Assembly: GCA_029560465.1 (NCBI GenBank)
Contig: JAKQKX010000097.1
Span: forward strand, 1-60,672
Reading direction: 5' to 3'
Length of the DNA: 60,672 nt
Origin: Candidatus Omnitrophota bacterium
Lineage (GTDB): Bacteria; Omnitrophota; Gorgyraeia; Zapsychrales; JANLHA01
Both the position numbers and the translations under genes were made by a program. Below the pieces are notes generated by a model. That model searched no databases, was not told where the DNA came from, and saw only the letters and a list, made by a program, of their open reading frames with translations. How positions within the stretch are numbered: position 1 is the stretch's first letter; the number at the start of each line of letters is the position of its first letter. Below are positions 57,788 through 60,672 of the stretch, piece by piece.

Positions 57788-57816
57788 TTGACAGTGGTTC
57801 TATTTAGTGATTAAAT
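57788..57816 (+). promoter_or_regulatory. Sigma-70-like promoter candidate (TTGACA-17-TTAAAT) upstream of tRNA-Arg
   Basis: -35 at 57788-57793 and -10 at 57811-57816, 47 nt before the mature tRNA 5' end. Confidence 0.4.
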
Positions 57817-57862
57817 GGGGGCGGTGTTGACGGGTGTTCTTGTGGAGGCATGCTATAATTGT

Positions 57863-57936
57863 GCGCCTGTAGCTCAGATGGATAGAGCGCGGCTCTCCTA
57901 AGGCCGGCGTGGGTGGTTCGAGTCCACCCAGGCGCA
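57863..57936 (+). tRNA. tRNA-Arg (anticodon CCT)
   Basis: A 74-nt cloverleaf folded by hand. Acceptor GCGCCTG/CAGGCGC. D arm GCTC-AGATGGATA-GAGC. Anticodon stem CGGCT/GGCCG with loop CTCCTAA. T arm GGTGG-TTCGAGT-CCACC. Discriminator A. No encoded CCA. Confidence 0.9.
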
Positions 57937-58208
57937 CTTTTTGTGAACGCGTTGGAACGTATTGTCTGAAAGCCGCTGGAAAAAATCTTCAAAAATCATT
58001 GACTCCGTTATATCTATGTGTGAAAATATTTCACGTTTTAATTTTCTAACCCAGTGATGATTCCAATCGGACACAGAAGGGAGGGGGATGCTTATTTTAT
58101 CGTCGGGGATCATCAAGCTCTGGTCTAATGAAGCCATTAGCTAGACCATAATATATCTAGTTTATTATATAATTGCCGGTTCGCCGGCGGCTAGAAGGAG
58201 ATTACAAT

Positions 58209-59588
58209 ATGAAAAAAATAGTTTTAACATTGCTTGCCGTGGCTTTGATGGCTTTACCGGCCGCTGCTAGTGTGCAGAACATCAAAGTCAGCGGGGATGT
58301 CGATTCTACGTGGCTGGTGAGAGATCAGTTTGACCTTGGGGCTCAAGGCCTCGTCACGAACGACAAACAGTTCTATCAGAACATGTTAGTCACGCAGACC
58401 CGCTTAAGAGTTGATTCGGACCTGACGGATAATGTCAGCGCCACGATTGGCTTGATCAACGAACGGGTTTGGGGTGAAGATAATGAAGAAACTTACGGCA
58501 ACAATGATGTTGACCTCAATCTGGCGTACGTGACCTTAAGAGAGATGTTGTATTCTCCGTTAACGGTCATCGTCGGGCGTCAGCAGTTCGTTTACGGGAA
58601 CGCTTTCGTTATCGCTTCAGGCGGGATGAGCGACAGCCTCTCTGGCGGGTTAAGAGGGGTGGCCGGCGATATGTCCAAGAGGAACGCGGCGGACGCGGTC
58701 CGGATGGTGTTTGATTACAGCCCGTTGACGATTGACGTCGTGGCCACTAAAGTCGCCTCCAACAACCTTTTGGGGGTTGGAAGCCAGGATGACGATATTG
58801 ATCTTTTCGGGATGAACGCCAACTGGGAACTGGGCGATGATAGCGGAACAGTCCTGGAAACTTATTTTTGGGCGAAGATCGACCAGAGCGTGAAAGATGA
58901 CGCTCTCGGTGTTAAAGCGGACACCGTTTATATGCCGGGTCTGCATCTCGCGGCTAATGTCCTGGACGGCCTTTCCGTGTCTGCTGAGGTCGCCTATCAG
59001 TTTGGTAATAAAAATTATGGTACGGCGCAGAGCGCTGACCGCAAGGCGGCCGGGGCCCAGTTGATGGCCAATTACATGGTCCCGCTCGAGAGCACAAAGA
59101 GCTGGAGCCCGGTTTTAACAACGGCTTACACCTATGTGTCGGGAGACAGCGACCCGTCAGATTTGACGGATGATTATGAAGGTTGGGATCCGATGTTTGA
59201 AGACCAGTCCAACGGGAAAATTTATAACACGTTGTTTGCCCAGACGGACTGCCATGTTGTGAAAGTGCGCGGATCGATCGTCCCGCTGGAAGATTTAACC
59301 GCGGGCATAGAGTGGAACGGGTTATGGTTAGACAAACCGTTAGAGGATACGGATGCGGATGGTTTATCGTCTTTGAGCCTTCTTCAGCCGGACGGCAAGT
59401 CGATTACAACGGCAATGGATACCGACAGAGGACTCGGGTCTGAGCTGACTTTTGATCTGGCCTATGATTACACCGAAGACGTCAAGATCGGCGCCAGCTA
59501 TGGTTTGTTCTTCCCGGGGACAGCGTTTACGTCCGCCAATGACCGACGGGCGTCTCAGTTGATGTTAAACGCGATTGTTAACTTCTAA
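58209..59588 (+). CDS. Outer-membrane beta-barrel protein (alginate-export/porin-like)
   Basis: SD GAAGGAG. Signal peptide MKKIVLTLLAVALMALPAAASV. Alternating amphipathic strands. GRQQFVYGNAFV. C-terminal NAIVNF ending in Phe. Confidence 0.7.
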   Translation: MKKIVLTLLAVALMALPAAASVQNIKVSGDVDSTWLVRDQFDLGAQGLVTNDKQFYQNMLVTQTRLRVDSDLTDNVSATIGLINERVWGEDNEETYGNNDVDLNLAYVTLREMLYSPLTVIVGRQQFVYGNAFVIASGGMSDSLSGGLRGVAGDMSKRNAADAVRMVFDYSPLTIDVVATKVASNNLLGVGSQDDDIDLFGMNANWELGDDSGTVLETYFWAKIDQSVKDDALGVKADTVYMPGLHLAANVLDGLSVSAEVAYQFGNKNYGTAQSADRKAAGAQLMANYMVPLESTKSWSPVLTTAYTYVSGDSDPSDLTDDYEGWDPMFEDQSNGKIYNTLFAQTDCHVVKVRGSIVPLEDLTAGIEWNGLWLDKPLEDTDADGLSSLSLLQPDGKSITTAMDTDRGLGSELTFDLAYDYTEDVKIGASYGLFFPGTAFTSANDRRASQLMLNAIVNF

Positions 59589-59619
59589 TTGATTCAAAGC
59601 AGTTTTGTTTGAAGCACCG

Positions 59620-59650
59620 AGCCCCTGCTTAAAAAGCAGGGGCTTTTTTT
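59620..59650 (+). terminator. Rho-independent terminator after the OMP gene
   Basis: AGCCCCTGCTT-aaaa-AGCAGGGGCT followed by TTTTTTT. Confidence 0.8.
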
Positions 59651-60008
59651 GTCGCCTTGGATTTGTGCTTGAAACGCAAAGCCCTCGCGTCCCAGCGAAG
59701 ACAGATGTGCCCGCGCGGGGCTTGGCATTCAACAGGCAGGCCGCGCGGTGGTCAGGAGGCGCGATGAAGAGAATCGGCCTTTTAGGCCGGAGCCGTAATG
59801 CGGGAATGGCTTTATTTCAAAGGGGCCGGCCGTATTGTTTGGAATCGTGTTTATTCTCGACGGGCAAATTGTATTAATATAATTAAAAAAAACAAAATTG
59901 TATTTTAAAATCAGTATTTATTTGTTATCATAAAATTACATCAAAGAAAACTGCCGCGGGGCAAAGTCGTGACCCCGCGCTTAAACTTATTTCAATAGAG
60001 GTGTTTTA

Positions 60009-60584
60009 ATGACCAGAGACGAGATTTATGACCATCTGGCTCAGGTTTATATCGGGAAAAAGAGCAAGCATGAGAAAGAAAAGAAGAAGCAGTTTAACGC
60101 CTGGTTAGTGATTAATATCGTCATTACGGTGGTTATCTTCGTGAGCGCTTTTTACGGTTTTACCGCCTTCCTCGCCCATAAGAAAGATTTTTTTGACAAC
60201 AAGGTTATCTATTCTTTAAACAAAGGGCCGCTGCGTATCAGCTATGATTTGACTTATCCGTATCCACCGGTCAAGACATTTTCTCTGACGACGCCGCAAA
60301 TCAACGCGGTCAAATACCGTTCTTTGCAGTTCGCGGTCCGCGGCCTGGAGGAGGGTTACCCGGGAATCGTTCGCGTGGAAATCCGCAACCGCTTGAACGA
60401 ATCCTCGTCCGTTTTTATCGACGGGATAAAGCTGGGATGGAAGCGCGTTGATGTCCCGTTTGATGATTTTGATCAGATCTCCGACTGGACGGGCATCACG
60501 GAAGTATCTTTTATCCTCGAGGCATGGAACACCGAGAAACAAAGAGGAATTATTCTTATAGATGAAATTTGCTTTTCTAGCTAA
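60009..60584 (+). CDS. Hypothetical membrane-anchored protein
   Basis: K-rich N-terminus and one helix, then a beta-rich domain (EVSFILEAWNTEKQRGIILIDEICF). Confidence 0.55.
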   Translation: MTRDEIYDHLAQVYIGKKSKHEKEKKKQFNAWLVINIVITVVIFVSAFYGFTAFLAHKKDFFDNKVIYSLNKGPLRISYDLTYPYPPVKTFSLTTPQINAVKYRSLQFAVRGLEEGYPGIVRVEIRNRLNESSSVFIDGIKLGWKRVDVPFDDFDQISDWTGITEVSFILEAWNTEKQRGIILIDEICFSS

Positions 60585-60601
60585 AAAGGAGGCTGGTGTA
60601 A

Positions 60602-60672
60602 AATGAGAATTATATCTGTCGCGAATCAAAAAGGAGGGTGTGGAAAAACCACAACGGCGATTAACCTTTCCT
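60602..60672 (+). CDS. ParA/MinD-like ATPase (3' truncated by window edge)
   Basis: SD AAGGAGG. MRIISVANQKGGCGKTTTAINLS contains the deviant Walker A KGGxGKT. Absent from the ORF track because no stop lies in the window. Confidence 0.75.

Noticed and set aside
57827-57859. TTGACG ... TGcTATAAT as the promoter for tRNA-Arg
   Set aside because: The spacer is 21 nt, and the -10 ends only 3 nt before the mature tRNA 5' end. The upstream TTGACA-17-TTAAAT is more plausible.
57937-58208. AT-rich 270 bp downstream of tRNA-Arg considered as an integration scar or att site
   Set aside because: There is no direct repeat of the tRNA 3' end and no integrase or foreign genes. The region more likely holds the promoter of the OMP gene.
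59605-59877. 90-aa ORF downstream of the OMP gene
   Set aside because: It starts inside the terminator hairpin, has no SD, and its composition is implausible. The region is treated as non-coding.

Overview
This is a 60.7-kb bacterial chromosomal fragment, coded almost entirely on the + strand, with many 4-nt ATGA start/stop overlaps. It falls into two parts.

(1) nt 1-7385 is a compositionally mosaic run of short same-strand ORFs. Each is followed by an imperfect palindrome bounded by AAC-type and GTT-type boxes. I read this as an integron-type gene-cassette array of about 11 cassettes. No integrase lies in the window; the orientation predicts it upstream of nt 1. Cargo includes a SAM methyltransferase, a cupin, a GNAT, a CPBP protease, two HEPN-motif proteins, a PD-(D/E)xK-like protein and small membrane proteins.

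(2) nt 7386-60672 is uniform, GC-richer core genome of what looks like an uncultivated anaerobic diderm; the lineage guess is inference only. It carries:
- tatA-tatC next to a DUF362 protein and a NapH/NapG-like fused polyferredoxin
- PIN-PhoH, CobB/Sir2, an NCS2 purine permease and membrane-fused spermidine-synthase-like genes
- a Hel308/Ski2-like helicase, dtd, tatD, two M50 site-2 proteases, PilZ and PolX
- NfnAB-like genes, panB, glyQS, ppdK, a group-1/2-type sigma factor followed by an HTH-less LacI-type domain, and apt
- a TPR/GT39-like protein, tRNA-Arg(CCT), a beta-barrel OMP and the 5' end of a ParA-like gene

The items most worth a second look are the cassette array and its attC-like sites, a 3.5-copy 108-bp hairpin-rich tandem repeat upstream of glyQS, a roughly 1230-aa signal-peptide protein carrying a TreT-like GT4 domain, and the Tat/DUF362/NapHG-like module. 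All functional calls come from motif recognition in the supplied translations. No database search was run.
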